DNA of 64,000 nt from Escherichia phage vB_EcoM_ACG-C40, in sequence record NC_019399.1; one strand, 5' to 3'. A program made the position numbers and the translations under genes. Shown here piece after piece: positions 47,830 to 57,081 of the stretch; within the stretch, counting starts at the first letter, position 1; every line of letters begins with the position of its first letter. The notes beneath the pieces were generated by a model. That model saw only the letters and a program-made list of their open reading frames with translations. It was not told the origin of the DNA and ran no database searches.

Positions 47830-48071
47830 TGGAGAAAAAGATGTTACTAGAATTTAAACAATTTCTTTATGAAGCTTCTATTGATGAATTTATGGGTAAA
47901 ATTGCCTCTTGTCAAACATTAGAAGGTTTAGAAGAACTTGAAGCTTATTATAAGAAAAGAGTTAAAGAAACTGAATTAAAAGATACTGATGACATCTCAG
48001 TCAGAGATGCTTTGGCAGGAAAAAGAGCTGAATTAGAAGATTCAGACGATGAAGTAGAAGAAAGCTTTTAA
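47829..48071 (+). CDS. uvsW.1: UvsW.1-like small acidic protein
   Basis: 80-aa ORF with GGAG RBS; position and size fit T4 uvsW.1. Confidence 0.7.
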   Translation: MEKKMLLEFKQFLYEASIDEFMGKIASCQTLEGLEELEAYYKKRVKETELKDTDDISVRDALAGKRAELEDSDDEVEESF

Positions 48072-48077
48072 ATTAAA

Positions 48078-48110
48078 AAAGGCCCAACCAAAAAGGAAGG
48101 GCCAAAACTA
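48078..48110 (-). terminator. possible minus-strand terminator downstream of the small ORF at 48127..48294
   Basis: Minus strand GGCCC...GGGCC followed by TTTTTT; stem is short. Confidence 0.3.
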
Positions 48111-48126
48111 TAGACTAAAGGTCACA

Positions 48127-48294
48127 CTATAGCAAAAGTTGCGTTTCATTTAATTGTTCTTCCGAACTTTCTGAAACTGGTAGTTCTTTAATGTAATTAT
48201 AGCAAGGCCCAGGATGTACAGGACCTTTGTCTGTTTCAACAACCAATGCAGAATCGATTGGAGTTTTACAGACAACACAAATCTTATCTGACAT
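48127..48294 (-). CDS. small Cys-rich protein (55 aa), zinc-ribbon-like; not in the ORF track (under 60 aa)
   Basis: Hand-translated: MSDKICVVCKTPIDSALVVETDKGPVHPGPCYNYIKELPVSESSEEQLNETQLLL. Confidence 0.45.
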   Translation of the reverse strand: MSDKICVVCKTPIDSALVVETDKGPVHPGPCYNYIKELPVSESSEEQLNETQLLL

Positions 48295-48322
48295 GATTGT
48301 CTCCTCTGAATTATATATCTAT

Positions 48323-48547
48323 TTATACAACTCTCATATGCATATCAATGCCCATATCTTTAGAATAAAAATATTCATCAAGATATCCGGCAAATTTTCC
48401 TTTAATATAAAGAACATCTTCACCGCACGGGTGGTCGGCCAGGATACGAATATCCTGACGCTTGAGATTATACTTTTTCATTAAGAATTGAATTTCCGTT
48501 TCGAATTCTTCTTCATAATTAAAAGCATCATCAATGCTATATTTCAT
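48323..48547 (-). CDS. hypothetical protein (74 aa) downstream of uvsY
   Basis: Start overlaps the uvsY stop (ATGA). Confidence 0.6.
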   Translation of the reverse strand: MKYSIDDAFNYEEEFETEIQFLMKKYNLKRQDIRILADHPCGEDVLYIKGKFAGYLDEYFYSKDMGIDMHMRVV

Positions 48548-48960
48548 TATTTTCCAGCCTCAAATGCTCGCATGTCTTGAATATGCTTAATAGCAAATCC
48601 GCGTGATTTAATAGCATCAAGAGCTCCGCTACAGAAATCCAATAAAATCCCCCAATACTGCAACGAGGTATCAACCTTTAAAACATCCTTATCAGCTGAT
48701 AGAACTGTCTTCATTTCTGATTTCTCGTAACGATCCATACTAAATTCATCACCATCTCCTCGTCCCGAGTAGTAGTCTAATTTAGCTTTAAGAGCAACTT
48801 TTTTCTGTGCATCAATTCTAAGCATTTCCTTTTTAATACTTGAATGCTTATTAAGCCATTTACTATATAACATCACATTATTAGCTGCTTCATACTGTAA
48901 TTTAGTCGAATCTATAAACACATCTTTCTTCAATTCTTCTTGAAGATCTTCTAATCTCAT
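48547..48960 (-). CDS. uvsY: UvsY recombination mediator
   Basis: 137 aa; MRLEDLQEELKKDVFIDSTKLQYEAANN... Confidence 0.9.
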   Translation of the reverse strand: MRLEDLQEELKKDVFIDSTKLQYEAANNVMLYSKWLNKHSSIKKEMLRIDAQKKVALKAKLDYYSGRGDGDEFSMDRYEKSEMKTVLSADKDVLKVDTSLQYWGILLDFCSGALDAIKSRGFAIKHIQDMRAFEAGK

Positions 48961-49000
48961 ATTGTTCTCTATTCAATTGTTATTGGATGGACTTAGATTC

Positions 49001-49028
49001 ATTATACCACGTTTATACGTGAAGCATT
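49001..49028 (-). promoter_or_regulatory. T4 middle-type promoter candidate for uvsY (MotA box + -10)
   Basis: Minus strand AATGCTTCA, 13 nt, TATAAT; about 40 nt upstream of the uvsY ATG. Confidence 0.45.
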
Positions 49029-49425
49029 ATACTCTATTACTGGAAGCCAGTTGTAGTTTTATCTGCTCAATATCATCAGGGTTATCGATGACTGAAAAGC
49101 GTATTTCTACTATCAAAGTATAATCATCATAAACCGGTATTACATTAACTGCTAATTTATCAATACGTGGCTCATAGTTTCTTACTGCGCTTTCGATATT
49201 ACGCTCAACCGTGTCAGCAGTAAGAGGAGTCATATTCTCAAAAAGTTGGTCAGATAAATCGCATCCAAATTCAGGGTCAAACGGTCTTGAACCTTTTCTT
49301 GTTGTAATAATTCCTAAAAGACTATTTTTAATTGACCTTAATCCAAGTGATCTTGAAACGTCTTTGTTCCAATCCATTTTCATCTCTGGGTCAATATCAG
49401 AATAAAGCTTATTAATATTTGCCAT
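49027..49425 (-). CDS. 25: gp25 baseplate wedge protein
   Basis: 132 aa. Confidence 0.9.
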   Translation of the reverse strand: MANINKLYSDIDPEMKMDWNKDVSRSLGLRSIKNSLLGIITTRKGSRPFDPEFGCDLSDQLFENMTPLTADTVERNIESAVRNYEPRIDKLAVNVIPVYDDYTLIVEIRFSVIDNPDDIEQIKLQLASSNRV

Positions 49426-50051
49426 TACAATAGCTCAAAGAATTCTTTGAGTCCTCTTATTACATGAGCGTGAGTTTTTCCACACTCTGGACACTTAATT
49501 GGAACAGCCAAATAAACAGTAGGCTTTAAAAGCATATCTTTTATAGCTACAATATCTGACTCTGTGATGATAGAATATAAATCTTCTAGTTCCTTTTCAT
49601 TTAAGTCTTCAACTGGAATGCTTTCCCCGTTAGCATGAATCGTTTCTATACATGATACTATCATGTGGGCTATATTTTTATCATCAAAAATTTTAGGGTA
49701 TCGGAATTTAATTTTAATGTCACCCAGTGTATACCAAAGGTCTTCTGGTGCATCTATTTGTGTATGTAATAGATTTATATGGGTTGGTATTTCAGTTCCG
49801 CAGGTGCACTTCCAGGAGTTTTCGTGATTAACTTCTCCAAGAGAATGCGCCCATAAATGAATCAACAATAGTTCTGATTCTTGGCGATTTAAATCTTTTG
49901 CATTTGTACAGTCTTTGATTAGCTTTTTAACAATCTCTTCTACTGAACCATTCTTTTTAGCAGTAATAAGTTCTAGATATTCTTTAAGAGTAAATGCGCG
50001 ACAGTTGATTATTTTAGAACCAACTCTCACATCAAATTTGTATTCATACAT
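49425..50051 (-). CDS. 26: gp26 baseplate hub protein
   Basis: 208 aa; ATGA overlap with gene 25. Confidence 0.9.
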   Translation of the reverse strand: MYEYKFDVRVGSKIINCRAFTLKEYLELITAKKNGSVEEIVKKLIKDCTNAKDLNRQESELLLIHLWAHSLGEVNHENSWKCTCGTEIPTHINLLHTQIDAPEDLWYTLGDIKIKFRYPKIFDDKNIAHMIVSCIETIHANGESIPVEDLNEKELEDLYSIITESDIVAIKDMLLKPTVYLAVPIKCPECGKTHAHVIRGLKEFFELL

Positions 50052-50072
50052 ATTTAGCTCCTTTATTTATCA

Positions 50073-50080
50073 TATTTATA
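50073..50080 (-). promoter_or_regulatory. late promoter (TATAAATA on minus strand) for genes 26 and 25
   Basis: Plus-strand TATTTATA 22 nt upstream of the gene 26 start; overlaps the plus-strand promoter. Confidence 0.5.
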
Positions 50081-50084
50081 AATA
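50077..50084 (+). promoter_or_regulatory. late promoter (TATAAATA) for gene 51
   Basis: Exact TATAAATA 18 nt upstream of the gene 51 ATG. Confidence 0.55.
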
Positions 50085-50101
50085 GAATAAAAGGAGCATC
50101 T

Positions 50102-50854
50102 ATGGCAAACATTATTCGTTGTAAATTACCAGATGGTGTTCATCGTTTTAAACCATTTACGGTAGAAGATTATCGAGATTTTTTGTTAGTTCGAAACGAT
50201 ATAGAACATCGGTCACCACAAGAACAAAAAGAAATAATTACTGATTTAATTGATGATTATTTTGGAGACTATCCGAAGACTTGGCAACCATTTATATTTT
50301 TGCAGGCATTTGTAGGTTCAATAGGTAAAACTAAAGTACCAGTCACATTTGTATGTCCAAAATGTAAAAAAGAAAAGACAGTTCCATTTGAAATATATCA
50401 AAAAGAATTAAAGGAACCTATTTTTGATGTAGCTAATGTTAAAATTAAATTAAATTTTCCTTCTGAGTTTTATGAAAATAAAGCAAAGATGATTACTGAA
50501 AATATTCATTCTGTTCAAGTAGATGAAATGTGGTATGATTGGAAGGAAATTAGTGAATCGAGTCAAATAGAACTTGTTGACGCCATCGAGATAGAAACAT
50601 TAGAAAAAATTCTCGATGCAATGAATCCTATTAATTTAACATTGCACATGTCGTGTTGTGATAAGTACATTAAAAAATACACTGATATAGTAGATGTGTT
50701 TAAGCTATTAGTTAATCCAGATGAGATATTTACTTTTTATCAAATTAATCACACGCTTGTAAAAAGTAATTATAGCTTAAATTCAATAATGAAAATGATT
50801 CCTGCCGAGCGCGGATTCGTATTAAAACTGATTGAGAAGGATAAACATCAATGA
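50102..50854 (+). CDS. 51: gp51 baseplate hub assembly catalyst
   Basis: 250 aa. Confidence 0.9.
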   Translation: MANIIRCKLPDGVHRFKPFTVEDYRDFLLVRNDIEHRSPQEQKEIITDLIDDYFGDYPKTWQPFIFLQAFVGSIGKTKVPVTFVCPKCKKEKTVPFEIYQKELKEPIFDVANVKIKLNFPSEFYENKAKMITENIHSVQVDEMWYDWKEISESSQIELVDAIEIETLEKILDAMNPINLTLHMSCCDKYIKKYTDIVDVFKLLVNPDEIFTFYQINHTLVKSNYSLNSIMKMIPAERGFVLKLIEKDKHQ

Positions 50855-52023
50855 GTATGTTACAACGTCCTGGATATCCAAATCTCAGCGTTAAATTATT
50901 TGAGAGTTATGACGCTTGGAGTAATAATAGATTTGTTGAATTAGCTGCTACTATTACCACATTAACTATGCGTGACTCTCTTTATGGTCGAAATGAAGGA
51001 ATGCTGCAGTTTTATGATTCTAAAAATATCCACACAAAAATGGATGGAAATGAAATAATTCAAATTTCTGTAGCTAATGCAAACGATATTAATAATGTTA
51101 AAACACGAATTTATGGATGCAAGCATTTTTCCGTGTCAGTAGATTCAAAAGGCGATAACATCATTGCTATTGAATTGGGAACTATTCATTCTATAGAAAA
51201 TCTTAAATTTGGTAGACCATTTTTCCCTGATGCAGGTGAATCTATAAAAGAAATGCTTGGTGTCATTTATCAAGACCGCACATTATTAACTCCAGCAATA
51301 AATGCTATAAATGCTTATGTTCCTGATATTCCATGGACTAGTACATTTGAAAATTATTTGTCCTATGTAAGAGAAGTTGCTCTAGCTGTAGGAAGTGACA
51401 AATTTGTATTTGTGTGGCAAGACATCATGGGAGTTAACATGATGGACTATGATATGATGATAAATCAAGAACCATATCCAATGATTGTAGGTGAGCCAAC
51501 TTTAATAGGTCAATTCGTCCAAGAATTGAAATATCCATTAGCATATGATTTTGTTTGGTTGACTAAATCAAACCCGCATAAACGTGATCCAATGAAAAAT
51601 GCTACTATCTATGCTCATTCGTTTTTAGATTCTTCACTGCCAATGATTACTACAGGAAAGGGTGAAAACTCTATTGTAGTGTCAAGGTCAGGTGCTTATT
51701 CTGAAATGACTTATAGGAATGGCTATGAAGAAGCTATTCGTCTTCAAACTATGGCGCAATATGATGGCTATGCTAAATGTTCTACTGTCGGTAATTTTAA
51801 CTTGACTCCTGGTGTTAAAATTATTTTTAATGATAGTAAAAACCAATTTAAAACAGAATTTTACGTTGATGAAGTTATCCATGAATTATCAAATAATAAT
51901 TCAGTAACTCATCTATATATGTTCACTAATGCAACGAAACTGGAAACAATAGACCCAGTTAAGGTTAAAAATGAATTTAAATCTGATACTACCACTGAAG
52001 AAAGTAGTTCTTCCAATAAGTAA
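50851..52023 (+). CDS. 27: gp27 baseplate hub protein
   Basis: 390 aa. Confidence 0.95.
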   Translation: MSMLQRPGYPNLSVKLFESYDAWSNNRFVELAATITTLTMRDSLYGRNEGMLQFYDSKNIHTKMDGNEIIQISVANANDINNVKTRIYGCKHFSVSVDSKGDNIIAIELGTIHSIENLKFGRPFFPDAGESIKEMLGVIYQDRTLLTPAINAINAYVPDIPWTSTFENYLSYVREVALAVGSDKFVFVWQDIMGVNMMDYDMMINQEPYPMIVGEPTLIGQFVQELKYPLAYDFVWLTKSNPHKRDPMKNATIYAHSFLDSSLPMITTGKGENSIVVSRSGAYSEMTYRNGYEEAIRLQTMAQYDGYAKCSTVGNFNLTPGVKIIFNDSKNQFKTEFYVDEVIHELSNNNSVTHLYMFTNATKLETIDPVKVKNEFKSDTTTEESSSSNK

Positions 52024-52504
52024 TAAAGAAGTTTCTATTCCTAAGATGGGTCTTAAACATTATAACATTTTAAAAGATGTTAAAGGTCCTGATGAAAATT
52101 TAAAACTTCTTATTGATTCTATTTGTCCGAATTTATCACCGGCAGAAGTTGATTTCGTTTCTATTCATTTATTGGAATTTAATGGAAAGATTAAATCTCG
52201 TAAAGAAATAGATGGTTATACTTATGATATTAATGACGTTTATGTATGTCAAAGATTGGAATTTCAATACCAAGGAAATACATTTTATTTTAGACCTCCT
52301 GGAAAATTTGAACAATTTTTAACGGTGAGCGATATGTTATCTAAATGCTTGCTTAAGGTCAACGATGAAGTTAAAGAAATTAATTTTCTTGAGATGCCAG
52401 CATTCGTTTTAAAATGGGCAAATGATATTTTTACAACTTTAGCAATTCCTGGCCCTAATGGTCCAATAACTGGAATTGGCAATATTATTGGATTATTTGA
52501 ATGA
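51971..52504 (+). CDS. 28: gp28 baseplate hub distal subunit
   Basis: 177 aa; overlaps the gene 27 3' end. Confidence 0.85.
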   Translation: MNLNLILPLKKVVLPISNKEVSIPKMGLKHYNILKDVKGPDENLKLLIDSICPNLSPAEVDFVSIHLLEFNGKIKSRKEIDGYTYDINDVYVCQRLEFQYQGNTFYFRPPGKFEQFLTVSDMLSKCLLKVNDEVKEINFLEMPAFVLKWANDIFTTLAIPGPNGPITGIGNIIGLFE

Positions 52505-54273
52505 AAAAGCCACAAGAAATGCAAACGATGCGTAGAAAAGTTATTTCAGATAATAAACCAGTTCAGGAAGCGGCTAAATCCGCTTCTAACACTTTATCTG
52601 GGCTTAATGACATTTCTACAAAATTGGATGATGCTCAAGCTGCTTCTGAATTAATAGCTCAAACCGTTGAAGAAAAATCGAATGAAATAATTGGAGCAAT
52701 TGACAATGTAGAAAGCGCAGTGAGTGATACTACTGCTGGTTCTGAGTTAATTGCTGAAACTGTAGAAATTGGCAACAATATTAATAAAGAAATCGGTGAA
52801 TCACTCGGAAGTAAATTAGATAAATTAACGAGTTTACTAGAACAAAAAATTCAAACAGCTGGAATTCAACAGACAGGAACCAGCTTAGCTGTAGTCGAAA
52901 GTGCTATTCCCGTTAAAGTTGTTGAGGATGATACAGCTGAATTTGTTGGTCCATTATTACCAGCTCCTGAAGCAGTTAATAATGATCCTGACGCTGATTT
53001 TTTCCCTGCCCCTCAACCAGTTGAACCTAAGCGAGAGTCACCGGAAGAAAAACAGAAAAAAGAAGCATTTAATTTAAAATTATCTCAAGCTTTAGATAAA
53101 TTAACAAAGACTGTTGATTTTGGATTTAAAAAATCCATTTCAATTACTGATAAAATATCAAGCATGCTATTTAAGTATACTGTCAGTGCTGCTATTGAAG
53201 CTGCTAAAATGGTTGCATTAATAATGGCTGTTGTTATTGGAATAGACCTACTGATGGTTCATTTTAAATATTGGTCAGATAAATTTTCAAAAGCCTGGGA
53301 TTTGTTTAGCACTGATTTTAAAACTTTTTCAAGCGAAACCGGAACTTGGGGTCCTTTATTACAGAGCATCTTTGAATCTATTGATGAAATTAAAAAGTTC
53401 TGGGAAGCGGGAGATTGGGGCGGTTTGACGGTAGCTATTGTAGAAGGGCTTGGAAAGGTTCTTTATAATTTAGGAGAACTTATTCAGCTTGGAATGGCTA
53501 AATTATCAGCAGCAATTCTTCGAGTTATTCCTGGTATGAAAGATACTGCTGACGAAGTAGAAGGAAGAGCACTGGAAAATTTCCAAAATTCTACTGGAGC
53601 ATCTCTCAATAAAGAAGACCAGGAAAAAGTTGCGAATTATCAAGATAAACGAATGAATGGAGACCTTGGTCCGATAGCAAAAGGATTAGACAAAATTGCG
53701 AACTGGAAAACTCGTGCATCTAACTGGATTCGTGGTGTTGATAATAAAGAAGCATTGACAACTGATGAAGAACGCGCAGCAGAAGAAGAAAAATTAAAGC
53801 AGCTTTCACCAGAAGAAAGAAAAAATGCTTTAATGAAGGCTAATGAAGCCCGTGCCGCGATGATTCGTTTTGAAAAATATGCTGATTCAGCTGATATGAG
53901 TAAAGACTCAACAGTTAAATCAATTGAAGCTGCTCATGAAGACCTTAAAAAACGAATGAATGATCCGGATTTAAATAATTCACCAGCAGTTAAAAAAGAA
54001 CTTGCTTCTAGATTTGCTAAAATTGATGCCACTTATCAAGAGCTCAAGAAAAATCAACCTGAAGCAAAACCTGAAACTTCTGCTAAATCACCAGAAGCAA
54101 AACAGGTCCAGGTGATTGAAAAGAACAAAGCACAACAAGCTCCTGTTCAACAAGCATCTCCTTCAATCAATAATACTAATAATGTTATTAAGAAAAATAC
54201 TGTCGTTCATAATATGACACCTGTCACAAGCACAACTGCTCCTGGTGTATTTGGTGCGACGGGAGTTAATTAA
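52501..54273 (+). CDS. 29: gp29 tail length tape-measure / hub protein
   Basis: 590 aa. Confidence 0.95.
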   Translation: MKKPQEMQTMRRKVISDNKPVQEAAKSASNTLSGLNDISTKLDDAQAASELIAQTVEEKSNEIIGAIDNVESAVSDTTAGSELIAETVEIGNNINKEIGESLGSKLDKLTSLLEQKIQTAGIQQTGTSLAVVESAIPVKVVEDDTAEFVGPLLPAPEAVNNDPDADFFPAPQPVEPKRESPEEKQKKEAFNLKLSQALDKLTKTVDFGFKKSISITDKISSMLFKYTVSAAIEAAKMVALIMAVVIGIDLLMVHFKYWSDKFSKAWDLFSTDFKTFSSETGTWGPLLQSIFESIDEIKKFWEAGDWGGLTVAIVEGLGKVLYNLGELIQLGMAKLSAAILRVIPGMKDTADEVEGRALENFQNSTGASLNKEDQEKVANYQDKRMNGDLGPIAKGLDKIANWKTRASNWIRGVDNKEALTTDEERAAEEEKLKQLSPEERKNALMKANEARAAMIRFEKYADSADMSKDSTVKSIEAAHEDLKKRMNDPDLNNSPAVKKELASRFAKIDATYQELKKNQPEAKPETSAKSPEAKQVQVIEKNKAQQAPVQQASPSINNTNNVIKKNTVVHNMTPVTSTTAPGVFGATGVN

Positions 54274-54281
54274 GGAATAAT

Positions 54282-55376
54282 ATGGCAATTGTTAAAGAAA
54301 TAACTGCTGATTTAATTAAAAAGTCCGGTGAAACAATTTCAGCCGGACAGAGTACTAAATCAGAAGTAGGAACTAAAACATACACAGCCCAGTTTCCAAC
54401 TGGGCGTGCTAGTGGTAATGACACTACAGGGGACTTCCAGGTAACAGATCTATATAAGAATGGATTATTATTTACTGCATACAATATGTCATCTAGGGAT
54501 TCTGGAAGTCTTAGAACGATGAGATCTAACTACTCTTCTTCATCTTCGAGTATTTTACGTACAGCCAGAAACACTATCAGTAATACAGTATCAAAACTAT
54601 CAAATGGACTAATATCAGATAATAATTCAGGAACAATAAGTAAAGTTCCTGTTGCAAATATTCTTTTACCTAGATCTAAATCTGACGTCGATACGTCATC
54701 ACATAGATTTAATGATGTTCAAGATAGTCTTATTACAAAAGGTGGAGGTACTGCTACTGGTGTGCTAAGCAATATGGCTTCAACCGCAGTATTTGGAGCG
54801 CTGGAAAGTATAACACAAGGTATAATGGCTGATAATAATGAACAGATTTATACGACAGCCAGAAGCATGTACGGCGGTGCTGAAAATAGAACTAAAGTGT
54901 TCACTTGGGATTTGACTCCGCGCTCAACAGAAGATTTAATGGCTATTATTAATATCTATCAGTATTTTAACTATTTTTCTTACGGTGAAACTGGTAAATC
55001 TCAATATGCTGCTGAAATAAAAGGATATTTAGATGAGTGGTACCGTTCTACTTTTATTGAGCCGTTAACTCCAGAAGATGCAGTTAAAAATAAGACGTTA
55101 TTTGAGAAAATGACATCGAGTTTAACTAACGTTCTTGTAGTTTCAAACCCGACAATTTGGATGGTGAAAAACTTTGGTGCAACATCTAAGTTTGATGGAA
55201 AAACGGAAATATTCGGTCCATGTCAAATCCAGAGTATCAGATTTGATAAAACACCTAATGGTAACTTTAACGGATTAGCTATTGCTCCAAATCTCCCTAG
55301 TACATTTACTCTCGAGATTACTATGAGAGAAATTATCACGTTAAACCGTGCTTCTTTATATGCGGGGACTTTTTAA
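54282..55376 (+). CDS. 48: gp48 baseplate tail-tube cap
   Basis: 364 aa. Confidence 0.95.
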   Translation: MAIVKEITADLIKKSGETISAGQSTKSEVGTKTYTAQFPTGRASGNDTTGDFQVTDLYKNGLLFTAYNMSSRDSGSLRTMRSNYSSSSSSILRTARNTISNTVSKLSNGLISDNNSGTISKVPVANILLPRSKSDVDTSSHRFNDVQDSLITKGGGTATGVLSNMASTAVFGALESITQGIMADNNEQIYTTARSMYGGAENRTKVFTWDLTPRSTEDLMAIINIYQYFNYFSYGETGKSQYAAEIKGYLDEWYRSTFIEPLTPEDAVKNKTLFEKMTSSLTNVLVVSNPTIWMVKNFGATSKFDGKTEIFGPCQIQSIRFDKTPNGNFNGLAIAPNLPSTFTLEITMREIITLNRASLYAGTF

Positions 55377-56341
55377 TGTATTCTTTAGAGGAATTTAATA
55401 ATCAAGCAATAAACGCAGATTTCCAACGTAATAATATGTTCAGCTGTGTTTTTGCTACAACTCCATCAACTAAAAGCTCTTCGTTGATAAGTTCAATTAG
55501 CAACTTTTCTTATAATAACTTGGGCCTAAATTCAGATTGGTTAGGATTAACTCAAGGCGATATTAATCAGGGAATTACTACGCTAATTACAGCTGGCACA
55601 CAAAAACTGATAAGAAAATCAGGGGTTAGTAAATATCTTATTGGTGCCATGAGTCAACGTACAGTTCAAAGTTTATTAGGCTCATTTACAGTTGGTACAT
55701 ATTTAATTGACTTCTTTAACATGGCATATAACTCATCTGGATTGATGATATACTCTGTAAAAATGCCAGAGAATAGATTATCCTATGAAACTGACTGGAA
55801 CTATAATTCTCCTAATATTCGTATAACTGGGAGAGAATTAGACCCTTTGGTTATTTCATTCAGAATGGATTCAGAAGCTTGTAACTATCGTGCAATGCAA
55901 GACTGGGTTAACGCTGTTCAAGACCCAGTAACTGGATTGCGTGCTTTGCCGCAAGATGTCGAGGCAGATATTCAGGTTAATCTTCATTCTCGCAATGGAT
56001 TACCACATACTGCGGTGATGTTCACTGGATGCATTCCAGTGTCCGTAAGCGCTCCTGAGTTATCATATGATGGAGATAACCAAATAACTACATTTGATGT
56101 TACTTTTGCGTATAGAGTGATGCAGGCTGGAGCAGTTGATAGACAAGCTGCCCTTGAATGGCTTGAATCTGCTACTATAAATGGTATTCAAAGCGTTCTC
56201 GGAAATAGTGGAGGTGTTACTGGACTATCTAATTCGCTTTCACGACTTAGTAGATTAGGGGGAACTGCAGGAAGCATTTCAAATATTAATACTATGACAG
56301 GAATTGTCAATTCGCAGAGTAAAATATTAGGAGCAATATAA
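55376..56341 (+). CDS. 54: gp54 baseplate tail-tube initiator
   Basis: 321 aa. Confidence 0.95.
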   Translation: MYSLEEFNNQAINADFQRNNMFSCVFATTPSTKSSSLISSISNFSYNNLGLNSDWLGLTQGDINQGITTLITAGTQKLIRKSGVSKYLIGAMSQRTVQSLLGSFTVGTYLIDFFNMAYNSSGLMIYSVKMPENRLSYETDWNYNSPNIRITGRELDPLVISFRMDSEACNYRAMQDWVNAVQDPVTGLRALPQDVEADIQVNLHSRNGLPHTAVMFTGCIPVSVSAPELSYDGDNQITTFDVTFAYRVMQAGAVDRQAALEWLESATINGIQSVLGNSGGVTGLSNSLSRLSRLGGTAGSISNINTMTGIVNSQSKILGAI

Positions 56342-56343
56342 CA

Positions 56344-56373
56344 ATGGGGACCTTTCGGTCCCCATATTTTTAT
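56344..56373 (+). terminator. rho-independent terminator after gene 54
   Basis: ATGGGGACC-TTTC-GGTCCCCAT followed by ATTTTTATTT. Confidence 0.65.
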
Positions 56374-56660
56374 TTACGGAATGAAATGAAAGCAGAAACT
56401 GAAGCAACTAAACTGTCTTCAATATAAACTTCAATTTTTACCGGAGCTTCTGACTCAAATTTACCTGTTACTACACCTTGGAAAATACTTTCAGTCTGTT
56501 CTGGTTTTGAAAAATTTTCAGAAGGAAAAATTCCGAACTTTTTATCTGTTCCAAAAATTTTAATAAATTCATCGTAAACTGCTTCATTAAAAGCATTATC
56601 AGCAGGAATAACGCCTTCAACGACGAGCTCTTGGCCTAAAAAGCGTAAAGAAGATTTCAT
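56370..56660 (-). CDS. hypothetical protein (96 aa) downstream of the alt region
   Basis: Intact ORF. Confidence 0.55.
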   Translation of the reverse strand: MKSSLRFLGQELVVEGVIPADNAFNEAVYDEFIKIFGTDKKFGIFPSENFSKPEQTESIFQGVVTGKFESEAPVKIEVYIEDSLVASVSAFISFRK

Positions 56661-56689
56661 TTTGTGTTCCTCATGTTATGTCAGTAAGA

Positions 56690-57078
56690 CTACTGTAACA
56701 CAACACGAGGGACTTGTAAACTACATTTTGAACTTTTTAGTACGCGTAATAGGCATGCGTCGATTTTATACTGTTTCATTGTTTGAAGAGCAGTATCAAA
56801 AACAGCATTAATGACACCAATTGGATTTCCACCCAAGTTTTTAAGCTTAACTAATGATAGTTTCTCATTAACACCTATCATTACGATATGCATCATTTTG
56901 TCGCCTGGTTTAACGTTTTATCTGTATCACCGCCAGAGGTGTATGTACAAAATCTAAATCCAGGAAGCACGCTTTCTTCGCCGGCTTGAATAGCAAAAAT
57001 TTGTGGTATTTTATGCTTAGGATTTAAGTTAACAACCGGCGCCGAAGCGCCGTCAAATAATTATGTAATAAGTTCCAT
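56690..57078 (-). pseudogene. degenerate tandem duplicate of the alt 5' region (about 125 codons) with a nonsense codon and a frameshift
   Basis: Starts 3 nt after the alt stop: MELIT-TAA-LFDGASAPVVNLNPKHKIPQIF...CTYTSGGDT..., then MMHIV...QYKIDACLLRVL in another frame. Confidence 0.7.
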
Positions 57079-57081
57079 GAT

